From positions 45,178 to 109,177 of IMG/VR virus record IMGVR_UViG_3300027759_003844: 64,000 nt of DNA. The stretch is one strand, 5' to 3'. Source of the DNA: a virus. Lineage: Duplodnaviria > Caudoviricetes. Shown piece by piece: positions 47,078-56,762 of the stretch (position 1 is the first letter of the stretch; each line of letters starts with the position of its first letter). The notes under the pieces were generated by a model. It ran no database searches. It had not been told where the DNA came from and saw only the letters and a program-made list of their open reading frames with translations. Made by a program: the position numbers and the translations under genes.

Positions 47078-49117
47078 TTATGACCTATAACCCAAAGAGC
47101 TAATTAACTCTTGTGGTAAATACATATTGCTCCAGAATGACTTTGGTGCGGACTTAACTAGCTCCTCGCCATCTTCATCATCTTCTGGGTCAACGCTTTT
47201 TTTGACAGCGCCTGCTTGAGCAAACTCCTCAACCTTTGCTGTCTGAACCTCTAAGGCTTTCTCAGTTGTCTCCAACTTCTCAGCCAATTCAATTTTCTGA
47301 TCCTCAACGCTCTTTGTTACAGCCTCAATTTTAGCATCAACATTCGCTTCTACTTCCAGTTTAAATGAAGTTGCGAAGTCGGTAAGCTTTTGATCAATGA
47401 CTGAACCAAGGGCTTCTTTAAGAACTTCAATATCCATATCTTGTTCCTCCACTTGTTCAACAATCACATCGGCTTCTACTGAAGCTTCTGTATCCTGCTC
47501 GGACTTTTCCAGTCCTAAATTATCAATTGGACCTACCCAATTAATAAACTTCTTAATAAATGACATCTTATTATCTGTCAAAGAATTATCCATAGGGTTT
47601 ACAATATCATATTTTTCTAAATTGTGCAATCCCTTATCCACATTACTTTCGCAATTACATGATTTTTCTACTTTCACAACACCTCCAGCATTTTCTATAT
47701 TAGTTTCATCACCATCCTCAACAAGCAATGGGATTTCAACACCAGATACTTTTAATGATGAAGTTAATTGCCAGTCCCATGTTTGATGCATATCAATTCT
47801 TTCTGCAATAAAGTTAGCAACACCTTGTTCGTTTTCTGCGTTTGCAACATTAAATGCATTTTTAAGCATTATAATCAAACCATAATTTTTCATATATAAA
47901 TCAATAGCTAATGCTCTGGAGTCAGAAGTTGCTGAGTCATCTTCAATGCTAGCCATATCATTTCCTTCATCTAGCGATGGGGGGAATGCTCCCAGTTTTC
48001 TAATAAGTTCAGCCATTGGGTCAATTGATCCATAAACATCTTCATAAATGTTTGCAAACAATTCGTGGTATTCTATAAAGTCTACACCCTCAACATTCCA
48101 ATGCGCTCTATGTGCCGATGCATAAAATACAACAACATTTGCCATCAAATTTTGAAGTGTTGAAACAAGATTTGTTACTTTAATAATTAACTCTTGATCT
48201 TGCATTAGTTCTGAAATGGCATCCAGCAAATTTTTGTCAAAATTATTTTCTGAAACATTTTTTTTAGTATTTGCATATCTTTCCAATAATCTACGACCTT
48301 TTGCTGCAAGAGCAGCAGCATCTGAGGAATTCTGAGGAACTGGCTCACCCCATGCTGCAGCTGAAAGCGCAAGTCGTGTTGGTTCGCCATTTGGCTTCTT
48401 CATTGGACCAGATGGGTTTGTAAAAAATCTTGTAAGGAATGAACCCTTTCGGCGCATTTTCTCTGGGGTATTGGCGGCTCCACGAACACCTGGCTTTAAG
48501 TTTGCGCCTTCTGTTTCTTTGAAGTGCCTTCTGCCAGCAGCAGTCAATCCGCCCTTTGGATCTTTTAACGGTTGTTTTGCTTTTTCAATCTGGCAATCTA
48601 AATCGCAATCAAGAGCGTAATTTAAATCCCCAACATTGTTCATTTTTACCAAATCAATTACTGCCATAGCATTTGCTGGATTATCTACTAAACTTAACTC
48701 ACCAAGATCATATTCTTTAATAATAGAAATTGGTCTGCCGTTATGCATCTTTCCTTCCATGACTTCTTTCTTTGTAATCCGACCACCAATTGAAAAAGCA
48801 CGAAGTGTTCCATCAAGAACTTTTTGCCAAGTAGCCTCGGCACCTTTGGAGATATAAGCTTCCACTTGAATAGCGTTATACTCTTGACCATCCTCGCCTT
48901 TTAACTTTAAAGGTTTGTAACTAATGGCTTTTCCAACAGCAATAGGGGCATGCATTTCACGAATGTTGCCTTGCCAATTTTTAAAAGCAATCTCTGATGC
49001 TGAGAAATCAACAATATCATTAGACTTATCAACATTGTCAGCTGTAGCAATACCGCAGACAATGCGCTGCTCTGTCTTGATCATTGTAATTGGAAATGAA
49101 AAATTAAGATTGTCCAT
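47078..49117 (-). CDS. Prohead protease-scaffold polyprotein with DUF6321-like and Dps/ferritin-like inserts
   Basis: IREMH...AFSIGG...ELSLVDNPAN protease; KDPKGGLT...RF domain; HWNV-x-G-x2-F-x3-HE...DPMAE Dps; acidic coiled-coil C-terminus. Confidence 0.88.
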   Translation of the reverse strand: MDNLNFSFPITMIKTEQRIVCGIATADNVDKSNDIVDFSASEIAFKNWQGNIREMHAPIAVGKAISYKPLKLKGEDGQEYNAIQVEAYISKGAEATWQKVLDGTLRAFSIGGRITKKEVMEGKMHNGRPISIIKEYDLGELSLVDNPANAMAVIDLVKMNNVGDLNYALDCDLDCQIEKAKQPLKDPKGGLTAAGRRHFKETEGANLKPGVRGAANTPEKMRRKGSFLTRFFTNPSGPMKKPNGEPTRLALSAAAWGEPVPQNSSDAAALAAKGRRLLERYANTKKNVSENNFDKNLLDAISELMQDQELIIKVTNLVSTLQNLMANVVVFYASAHRAHWNVEGVDFIEYHELFANIYEDVYGSIDPMAELIRKLGAFPPSLDEGNDMASIEDDSATSDSRALAIDLYMKNYGLIIMLKNAFNVANAENEQGVANFIAERIDMHQTWDWQLTSSLKVSGVEIPLLVEDGDETNIENAGGVVKVEKSCNCESNVDKGLHNLEKYDIVNPMDNSLTDNKMSFIKKFINWVGPIDNLGLEKSEQDTEASVEADVIVEQVEEQDMDIEVLKEALGSVIDQKLTDFATSFKLEVEANVDAKIEAVTKSVEDQKIELAEKLETTEKALEVQTAKVEEFAQAGAVKKSVDPEDDEDGEELVKSAPKSFWSNMYLPQELISSLGYRS

Positions 49118-49163
49118 AAAGATAGTGAACCCTAGTATAATACATTATTATAATGCAAGCAAA

Positions 49164-49439
49164 TTATGCAACTGCATATACAGCAAGTGTAACGCTTGCT
49201 GTCATAACTTGAAAAGTTGTAAAATCACCTTCAATTTCAACATAACCACCACCGCTATTAATTGCTGGAATGACCACTTGATGTGGACCACCATTCAATT
49301 TAACTGTAGCATTTGTTGTAGCATGCGTATTATAAAAATGTATGCATTTAGTGTGACCATTAGTAGATACAACGCCAGATGCGCCGCTCGTACTAGTCAC
49401 TGCTGTGTTGGAAAAAATAATTCCAGCTCCGTAACCCAT
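49164..49439 (-). CDS. Hypothetical (possibly structural) protein
   Basis: Between portal and protease; GGAGG SD. Confidence 0.6.
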   Translation of the reverse strand: MGYGAGIIFSNTAVTSTSGASGVVSTNGHTKCIHFYNTHATTNATVKLNGGPHQVVIPAINSGGGYVEIEGDFTTFQVMTASVTLAVYAVA

Positions 49440-51046
49440 TAAGAACCTCCTGTGGTATCTTGTGCTTGACCCCTCTCCGCCTGGTCTCCAGAATCTCTTG
49501 GGTCACTAGACCCTTGACGAGTATCTGATATTGCATTTCTTGGCTGAGAAGTAATATTATTAGAATTTCCTACTGGAGCTCCTGGTCCAGCGGATTCTTT
49601 TTTAATCTTTGTTGGGAAAGGTAATGGCTCATCACCATCTGTCCTTTCTGGCAATCCGAGTTGTTGACGAACTTCGTTTGGAGCAATAACTTCTGTTCTC
49701 AAATATCTATCATTAATTTTTGATTGAATGTCTTCATCAATTAAATCAATCCGCTTGAATTGCAATACAACCATGTCGCTAAATTCAGCAATAACACGAT
49801 TCAATCTTTTTTCAACAACCGATTGATCTGGACCAATCACTTGTGTTTTAAATGTCTTATCAGCATCCCTAGACACTGCGAGGTTGGCATTATCATATAC
49901 ACCGACCTTGGGGGCAGGAACTCTGTTTGCAACAAGAATTTCATCTCGGTTTGATTTACGATATTTATCAAATGATGAATCTTGAACTCCAGCTTCTAAT
50001 TTTTCAAATCTAATATCACTATCCGATCCAAGCGATGCTGGGATTGGGATAACCAAGGTTCCATGATTGCGACCCTTGACTTCTTTTCTAAAGTAATTAA
50101 TCAATTCTTGTTTTGATTTATTACTTAACTTTGCACCTTTAAGGATAATGGCATAGCGAGGAATAGCTTTGTTTTCAAAGTAATCAATGTTGTATTCTTT
50201 TGCAAACTTATCTCCAACAATTGCAGCAGCAGCAGATACTGCGGAAGGAATACCGTAATAAGTATTCTTGGGGGAGTAGGTTTTAAAATGAATAATTTCA
50301 TTTGGGTTTGAATCAGTATTGATTGGATCTTCTGTTTCTAAATCTTGAAAGTTTCTAAAGAATACAGCAGAGATTTTATTGCTCTTGGCAATCTGCACAT
50401 ACCCATCTCTTTTACGGCGAACACGCATTAGTGTTCCAGGAATATGACCGATATAGCCAATCTCGCCAGCATTGTTTCTGCCGATTTCCATGTATCCGTT
50501 TCCAACAGTTAAGACATCTTGCCAAATCTTAATCATTGTTTCGTTAAAAGTTTCTTCTTTATTAGTATTTTCAAAAATATCTTCAAGTTTTTGTTTCTCA
50601 TCTTGAATAGCTTTTCGCACTCTTGCTAATCTTTCTGGTTCCCCAGCGGCTTTCTCTAATCTTCTTTTAGCTTTAATAGTTTCAACAAACTCAAAACCAA
50701 GACCAACAGTGTTCATCACTCTTGCAGCAACTGAGGCATTATGAATAGCACTAGAGTCGTAAAGACCAGCAAGCGTATCTAAATCATATGGAGGGTTTAC
50801 AATATCATAAAGACTATAACCATCCAGCGTTTCTGGGTCAATGTACTTACTGGCTACACCGTCTATGCCTTCAAACTTTTTTGCAAGTTTTGAAACTTTT
50901 CTTTTCATTTTTGGTGAAAGACTAGAATAAGAAACTTTTGCAAACGGGTCATCATTAGTTGGAGATGAGTCAAATCCAAAATATGTTAAATCATCAATTT
51001 CTTCTTCAACGGCTTGATCAGTCATATGTGTTGTTTTATTTTCCAT
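49439..51046 (-). CDS. Portal protein
   Basis: GNGYMEI, EIIHFK, YYGIP, YFENKAIP, RVP and NEVRQQLGLP motifs. Confidence 0.92.
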   Translation of the reverse strand: MENKTTHMTDQAVEEEIDDLTYFGFDSSPTNDDPFAKVSYSSLSPKMKRKVSKLAKKFEGIDGVASKYIDPETLDGYSLYDIVNPPYDLDTLAGLYDSSAIHNASVAARVMNTVGLGFEFVETIKAKRRLEKAAGEPERLARVRKAIQDEKQKLEDIFENTNKEETFNETMIKIWQDVLTVGNGYMEIGRNNAGEIGYIGHIPGTLMRVRRKRDGYVQIAKSNKISAVFFRNFQDLETEDPINTDSNPNEIIHFKTYSPKNTYYGIPSAVSAAAAIVGDKFAKEYNIDYFENKAIPRYAIILKGAKLSNKSKQELINYFRKEVKGRNHGTLVIPIPASLGSDSDIRFEKLEAGVQDSSFDKYRKSNRDEILVANRVPAPKVGVYDNANLAVSRDADKTFKTQVIGPDQSVVEKRLNRVIAEFSDMVVLQFKRIDLIDEDIQSKINDRYLRTEVIAPNEVRQQLGLPERTDGDEPLPFPTKIKKESAGPGAPVGNSNNITSQPRNAISDTRQGSSDPRDSGDQAERGQAQDTTGGS

Positions 51047-51365
51047 TTTTCCTCAATCCGTCAAAAGCGTCTTCCAGTGGGTCTGGGATCAGACCATCAT
51101 GAAATCTTGCAACTTGATCATCTCTCTCTGAACTAGAAACTTTTCTAGCCCCATGCACCCACGCTAACTCGCCTTCTTCACTGCCAGTCCAATACTTTGC
51201 AGCAGCCTCAACTCTTGATTCAATATCTTTGTCACCAATAAAACCTTCTGCCGACAAATATCCATCGCCATCAGACAAAGGTTGTCCATCAGGCAATATC
51301 CAAATGCAAACCCCAAATGTTCTATCTGGAACCCAGATGCGCTTGTTCTTTACAATATCGGACAT
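51036..51365 (-). CDS. Conserved hypothetical protein upstream of portal
   Basis: DGDGYLS...AA-x-YW...GLIPDP; operonic. Confidence 0.65.
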   Translation of the reverse strand: MSDIVKNKRIWVPDRTFGVCIWILPDGQPLSDGDGYLSAEGFIGDKDIESRVEAAAKYWTGSEEGELAWVHGARKVSSSERDDQVARFHDGLIPDPLEDAFDGLRKNGK

Positions 51366-51429
51366 ATGTTTCAGTATACACCAGTTTTAATGAAAAAGGG
51401 ATTATTGCTGTACACAAATTGTTCAATAG

Positions 51430-53358
51430 CTACTTAATAGGGCATGCACCTGTTGCACAATCATCCAAATCAATATCCAAGTTGGCAGCGTTTTGATGAA
51501 TTGGAGTTGAAAAGTCTAATTTAGAGAATACTTTATCGTATTGATCTTTAGTGATCTCCTCATATGGAGGTAATGGGAAGTTGTGATCAACATGTAACAG
51601 AAAAGATACTGACTTAACAGACGAGTCATAATTGTTAGACAACCACTCTTTTACTGCTGGCAGTTCTTCTTTACGATAATAGACCGTTACAGAAACTGCA
51701 TTGTCAGCCCAGATTGTTTGCATTTTCTTAACCCATTCTAATTGCTCAAGAGCAGTCATGTTTGCAACCAGAATTGAATTGTCTGGTGATTTGCACGGGA
51801 ACTCCACAACATACCTTGTATGATCCTCTCTTCCATCCAAGCCCATATCCCATGTAACTTTATAACCACGCTTACGGCATGCATCTACTAGTGGGTCAAC
51901 AGAGCTAAACCTAACTCTGCGAATATAATACGGAGCGAAAGCTGGGTGGATTCCAGGAGTTACACCTGGGAGTAATGATAAAGTTCCTGATGGCTGAACT
52001 GTCGTTAGACGGACAGATTGATTCCAACCTCTTTCTTTGCTGTAGAAAGCATCAAAATCTTTTAAGAAATCATAGGCTTGAGACAACCAGCCAATTTGCT
52101 TTTCATCACACTGAAGAATGCCAGTAATTGATTGACCAAGGCGAGTATTCTTTCTAACAATGTTTGTTGTTTTCTCATACGGGTATGATAACTGAGTTAT
52201 TTGTTTTTGGATTAAGTACAAAAGTTTTGATATTTCCAACAACTGCCCAAGGCTTTCAACATTTGGTAAAAATATAGTAGCAAGATTGCACGACTCACCA
52301 TCGGCAAGAGCAATCTCTGCACATGGGTTAAATCCCTCAATAGAAGGGTCTAACGACTTTTCACCCAATCTTCCGTATGTTCTTGCAAGCTTGCGATTGA
52401 CAAGACCATAAGGCTCACCTGTTCCATCGTACCCTTTCCAGAGCTCTGGTAGAATTTCATCATAGGCATCTGCATAAATACTATTGTTGCTGTTTGCTCT
52501 CCACGCTGGAACATTGCCCGATCCCCAATTTTTTGCTTTAAGGAAAAGAATGTCATCAGGATCACCAATAGCAATTTGTGCAGAACGGCGTGATGAGCCA
52601 GAAACAACAATACGCCCAATGATATTGCAAATATCTAGCACATCAATTGAACGAAGTTTCTTACCAACACGGTTATCTAAAACTTTACAAATGTCTGCAA
52701 CCCCGTCAACTAGCGCTCCAGAACCAGAAGCTGTTCCACCAAAAGTCTTGAGTGGTGTACCGAATTCACGAATTAGAATAGTTGAGTATGTAAAAGATTT
52801 GCCATTTTTGAAATATGATTCAAGTACTTTATGAAGTAGTTCTCTCCAACCTTGCCTTGAGTCTGGAACAATGAAGTCTGCATCATTTGTGCGCTCGGCT
52901 GTAATTGAAGCAACAGCTTTAACTTTAGGCAATTCATGGATCTTTGATCTCTCTACCGAGAATCCAACTCCACCACCCAGCATGAGATAATCAAACAACA
53001 TTTCAAAATCTTCAATCTTCTCAATATTTGTATAAAAACAATTATTCAATGAAGTGCCCGAAAACTGTTTTACAAGAGGCGTACCGAGTTGCCAAAGGGC
53101 TCTGCCAGACACTGCGCACCGTAGGTTAAACATATGATCAAACAAATGTTCTGCGTCTTCGGTAGAGAATGGAACTCCAATATCAGCAGCACCTTCTATA
53201 ATTCTTTGAATGGTTTGAACCCATGATTCTGTTTGGTCTGTCCCTTCAATTTTGCGGCTATATGTCCTAAGGAAAACAACTTCTCCAAGACCGCCAAAGC
53301 CCCAAGGTGGGGTTTTAGATCCATAGCTAGCAATAAATTCAGGTGACAATAAAGACAT
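51430..53358 (-). CDS. nrdJ: Class II (adenosylcobalamin-dependent) ribonucleotide reductase
   Basis: NNC, GFNPCAEI, ESCNL, QPSGTLS, C-terminal CATGACPIK; no small subunit nearby. Confidence 0.9.
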   Translation of the reverse strand: MSLLSPEFIASYGSKTPPWGFGGLGEVVFLRTYSRKIEGTDQTESWVQTIQRIIEGAADIGVPFSTEDAEHLFDHMFNLRCAVSGRALWQLGTPLVKQFSGTSLNNCFYTNIEKIEDFEMLFDYLMLGGGVGFSVERSKIHELPKVKAVASITAERTNDADFIVPDSRQGWRELLHKVLESYFKNGKSFTYSTILIREFGTPLKTFGGTASGSGALVDGVADICKVLDNRVGKKLRSIDVLDICNIIGRIVVSGSSRRSAQIAIGDPDDILFLKAKNWGSGNVPAWRANSNNSIYADAYDEILPELWKGYDGTGEPYGLVNRKLARTYGRLGEKSLDPSIEGFNPCAEIALADGESCNLATIFLPNVESLGQLLEISKLLYLIQKQITQLSYPYEKTTNIVRKNTRLGQSITGILQCDEKQIGWLSQAYDFLKDFDAFYSKERGWNQSVRLTTVQPSGTLSLLPGVTPGIHPAFAPYYIRRVRFSSVDPLVDACRKRGYKVTWDMGLDGREDHTRYVVEFPCKSPDNSILVANMTALEQLEWVKKMQTIWADNAVSVTVYYRKEELPAVKEWLSNNYDSSVKSVSFLLHVDHNFPLPPYEEITKDQYDKVFSKLDFSTPIHQNAANLDIDLDDCATGACPIK

Positions 53359-53431
53359 TCAATACCTCCAATAGATAAGAGTATCCAGTTTAGACTACGG
53401 GTTAACCCGAGTCAAAAATTGATACTAAGGA

Positions 53432-54445
53432 CTACAACAAAGAATTTTCGTAAAATTCTAATCGTGTCAAAATCTTATCAGCGACTGAAGCCCAAGACCA
53501 CTCACTATGCAAAATTTTTGCAGATTTTAAAGCGTATTTTTTGAAATCATCATACTCGTTAACAACATTCTCCATTAAATCCAAAAGCTGTTGGTAATCA
53601 GGACTTGCCCATTCACCAGTATCACAATCATACAAATGATCCTGCCAGTCGGCTTTGATAAAAGATGCCTCAAGTGGAATACCATATTTTGCAAAATCTG
53701 CACAACCAGTAAGGTTTGTAACAATTGTTGGTAAACCTGTTGCGATTGCTTCAAAAGGAATCATTCCAAAACCTTCACCCATTGTTGGATAAATCATACA
53801 GTGACATTTGTGATACAAAGCAACAAGGTCATCTGTACTGAAATTCTCTGGTATAGCAATAATCTGAGGGTGATAGGTTGCTGGTACAAGTTTAGAATCT
53901 AGATATACTTCTGCTAGACAGAACTTGTTATATTTCAGTACCAACCTGAAGTCATCATTCCCATCATACAGATCAAGAAAAGCATCAACAGCCATCTGTG
54001 CATTTTTTCTTTTTGAATCTCCACCAACATGCAAGAAATTAAATCTACCAGTTAGTTCTCTTTCTAGAACAGCAAAATCTTCTGATATGCCGTGTGGTAT
54101 AGTAAATACATTAGCGTTAACATTATTTTTAATGTAGACATCTTTAATAAAATCCGAGGTAGCCCAGACTTCATCACATTTACGCATATTGTCCAACCAG
54201 TGTGGTGGAATCTTTGTAGATTCCCAAGGCGTATATCCAACATTATACTTAGACTTCATCTGGTAATAAGTTGGGGGACAGAAGCTAACATGAAAGGGAA
54301 TGTCTTCACGAGTGTAAAACACTGCGCACTCTTTAGCCTGAAGAGCTTTGATAGTTGCAATGGCTGCATTGTAGTATCCTTGGCTGTACCAAGTTTCGCC
54401 AGATGCATCTTGATGATTAAGACTAAACCAACTAATTTTTTTCAT
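53432..54445 (-). CDS. Glycosyltransferase (GT-B, GT4-like)
   Basis: RKN, EGFGMIPFEAIATGLPTI (ExFG-x4-E) motif. Confidence 0.88.
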   Translation of the reverse strand: MKKISWFSLNHQDASGETWYSQGYYNAAIATIKALQAKECAVFYTREDIPFHVSFCPPTYYQMKSKYNVGYTPWESTKIPPHWLDNMRKCDEVWATSDFIKDVYIKNNVNANVFTIPHGISEDFAVLERELTGRFNFLHVGGDSKRKNAQMAVDAFLDLYDGNDDFRLVLKYNKFCLAEVYLDSKLVPATYHPQIIAIPENFSTDDLVALYHKCHCMIYPTMGEGFGMIPFEAIATGLPTIVTNLTGCADFAKYGIPLEASFIKADWQDHLYDCDTGEWASPDYQQLLDLMENVVNEYDDFKKYALKSAKILHSEWSWASVADKILTRLEFYENSLL

Positions 54446-54453
54446 TAAAAAGG

Positions 54454-54693
54454 TTACTCTTTCTCATTTTCCATTACGGTTGTATCGGAAGACATAGAGA
54501 GACAGTTTACACCTTTTTTAATAAGATCATGAGCGGTTTCTTCAGATATTTCTATACTGATCGGCATATTGGTAAAAACACACCTTGTTGCTGCTAGATA
54601 GAAGTCATCAAACTTCATTACGCTAATATGATCGGGGTCAATGATTGCTGCTGGTCCATAGTCATCAGACTCAACAATTGCAATTATTTTCAT
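54454..54693 (-). CDS. Hypothetical protein (probably leaderless)
   Basis: ORF; TG-A-TATGGT 6 nt before the ATG. Confidence 0.6.
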   Translation of the reverse strand: MKIIAIVESDDYGPAAIIDPDHISVMKFDDFYLAATRCVFTNMPISIEISEETAHDLIKKGVNCLSMSSDTTVMENEKE

Positions 54694-54730
54694 GTATCCA
54701 CCATATCACTTTTCTTCTTATCTGAAAACT

Positions 54731-54825
54731 GTATGCTAAGTATACTAGGTATATAGTTATATATAGTTTATAAGTATATGTAGTATGCTTAGTATGCTAG
54801 TACGCCTTGCATGCGTAAGCATATC
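54731..54825. repeat. AT-rich GTATGCT repeat cluster in divergent intergenic region (candidate origin/regulatory site)
   Basis: GTATGCTAAG, AGTATGCTTAG, AGTATGCTAG, inverted TAAGCATA and TATATAGTT x2, at the strand switch. Confidence 0.55.
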
Positions 54826-54873
54826 ATCTTTTATAAAAAAATGTGTGCGAAAGTAAAAAAAAATATAAATTTC

Positions 54874-54882
54874 TGATATGCT
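54874..54882 (+). promoter_or_regulatory. Extended -10 element (TGATATGCT), leaderless start at 54889
   Basis: TGn-TAnnnT with 6 nt to the ATG and no SD; same element found before 40638. Confidence 0.5.
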
Positions 54883-54888
54883 CTGCAT

Positions 54889-55131
54889 ATGACAAATTTC
54901 TTTTTCTGGGGTGTTTGGACAATTGTAGCATCATTTGGTTTTAGGTATTCGTTTAATGAATTATTAAACAAGGATATAACTTTGTATACTAGTATTATAA
55001 CAATACTGGTATACCAATGGATTAGATTAATCAAACCACCTGATACTAAACCCAGAGAAAATCTTAAAGAAGTAAAGAATAACAAAGTACCTGTTAAATT
55101 GCCTAACTCTAACAATAGAAGGAATAGATGA
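54889..55131 (+). CDS. Small membrane protein
   Basis: Two hydrophobic segments and a basic tail; ATGA overlap with the next gene. Confidence 0.6.
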   Translation: MTNFFFWGVWTIVASFGFRYSFNELLNKDITLYTSIITILVYQWIRLIKPPDTKPRENLKEVKNNKVPVKLPNSNNRRNR

Positions 55132-55406
55132 GAATAACAAGCTATAACTCAGATATAGAATTGGAGGATATAGAGTCTCTCCAGATTATTATTAAGGCTG
55201 TGCCTTTTGAAGATAGTTTTGTTCCAGCCTTTGTTATCATGTCACCAGATGATAAGTATCCAATGTCTATTGAAGAACTTAATGCATTGATGGATGGTGT
55301 AGAAATAGCAAGAAGTAAAATTGATGAAGTAATCAATTATATTTTAAGAAAAAAAATATTTAATGATGATGGAGATGAAAGAGATGATCCTCGGACAAGT
55401 AATTAA
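55128..55406 (+). CDS. Hypothetical protein
   Basis: AAGGA SD, operonic. Confidence 0.65.
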   Translation: MRITSYNSDIELEDIESLQIIIKAVPFEDSFVPAFVIMSPDDKYPMSIEELNALMDGVEIARSKIDEVINYILRKKIFNDDGDERDDPRTSN

Positions 55407-55671
55407 AGATTTTCCATACCCAATTAGAATTTGCCCTTATTGCAATAGAAACTTAGTTGTTGTTAACGCAATCCATTGGCAAGAAGATAGCTACCAATAT
55501 AAAGCTCTATACTTTTGCTCATTTGCAAATTGTTCGGTTTATGATGAAGGGGCTAAGAAGGCATACGCCCGAATTATATATTCATCAGAGGATGCCGCCC
55601 ATTACTTTTGGAGAGTTGAGTTTCCTGTCCAGAGATGGGAGCAGGCTGATATTGTGAGTATTTATCAGTAA
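55363..55671 (+). CDS. Zinc-finger-like hypothetical protein
   Basis: CPYC...C-x4-C; true start may be 55384. Confidence 0.6.
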   Translation: MMMEMKEMILGQVIKDFPYPIRICPYCNRNLVVVNAIHWQEDSYQYKALYFCSFANCSVYDEGAKKAYARIIYSSEDAAHYFWRVEFPVQRWEQADIVSIYQ

Positions 55672-55690
55672 CATGGTAACATTGTAGATT

Positions 55691-56725
55691 ATGCCAATTA
55701 GTTCATGTTCAGATGGAGACAAGCCAGGATACAAATGGGGAGATAGCGGTAAGTGCTACCTGTATACCGCTGGCGATGAAAAATCCATGGAAGCCGCAAA
55801 AATAAAAGCTCAAATGCAGGGCGTTGCTGCACGGGTAAATGGCTATGAAGAAAAGGCTAACGAAGTAACTACTAGTTCAATGGGTTCTGGTATTAAGAAC
55901 CCACAACGAGGATACGGTTCAAAAAAGAAAAAAAAGAAATTTATTGATGATATTCAAAAAAGTTTAACGCAATGGTTTGGAGAAAGATGGGTTGATATTT
56001 CAAGACCCAAATCTGGCGGTGGGTTTGAGCCATGTGGTAGGGCAGATGCCGAGTCAGGCAAGTATCCAAAGTGCGTACCAGCCGCTCGTGCTGCCAGAAT
56101 GACACCTGCACAGATTGCATCTGCTGTTAGGCGTAAGCGCACAGCGGAATCGTCACAGACCAGGCAGGGTAAAAAGCCTATCAATGTTTCAACAGATGTT
56201 GAAAAAGCATCTCGTAATGTTCCAACAAACCCAGAATTATATGCCAGAGTAAAAGCGGCGGCTAAAGCAAAATTTGATGTGTACCCTTCAGCCTATGCTA
56301 ATGCATGGCTTGTCCGTGAATATAAGAAACGAGGCGGCGGCTACAGGGTTGTGAATAAATCAGAAGAATTTGTAAACAAAATTGCGGATGACCTTGATGA
56401 ACAGGAAGCGGTGTTGGCTGATATGTTGATTGCAATCACCCTTCGGTACGGTAAATTTAACGAAGATGAGACTGGGGTTTGGGCTGGCTATGATAGCCCC
56501 GAAGAAAATGATGTTAAAGAAATTGGGGTTAAATGTTCAAACTGCGTTCTTTATGAGGGTAATGGTGTTTGTAAGATCATCGCTCAGAAAGTAGAGGATG
56601 AAGGTAAATGCAGATTTGCGATCATTCCAGACGGTGTTGTTGAAGATGACTCCGAAGATGGCATGGACGATGAAGAGTCCATGATTGATTATTTAAAAAA
56701 CAAGGTAGTAGAATTATTTATATGA
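55691..56725 (+). CDS. Multi-domain protein (DUF5872-like, basic domain, Cys-rich HiPIP-like end); candidate capsid-internal protein
   Basis: WF-x-ERWVD...CGR...YPKCVP; PTNPELY...YPSAYAN; CSNC...C...C; domains separated by K-[A/S] motifs. Confidence 0.7.
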   Translation: MPISSCSDGDKPGYKWGDSGKCYLYTAGDEKSMEAAKIKAQMQGVAARVNGYEEKANEVTTSSMGSGIKNPQRGYGSKKKKKKFIDDIQKSLTQWFGERWVDISRPKSGGGFEPCGRADAESGKYPKCVPAARAARMTPAQIASAVRRKRTAESSQTRQGKKPINVSTDVEKASRNVPTNPELYARVKAAAKAKFDVYPSAYANAWLVREYKKRGGGYRVVNKSEEFVNKIADDLDEQEAVLADMLIAITLRYGKFNEDETGVWAGYDSPEENDVKEIGVKCSNCVLYEGNGVCKIIAQKVEDEGKCRFAIIPDGVVEDDSEDGMDDEESMIDYLKNKVVELFI

Positions 56726-56762
56726 TATGCTATTAGGTATATCTAAAATACAAGGAGAGTAT

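Noticed and set aside
53391-53415. Hairpin GACT-A-CGGG-TTAA-CCCG-AGTC upstream of nrdJ as a cobalamin riboswitch or NrdR box
   Set aside because: The 73-bp gap is too short for a cobalamin riboswitch and no NrdR-box match is seen; at most a simple stem-loop
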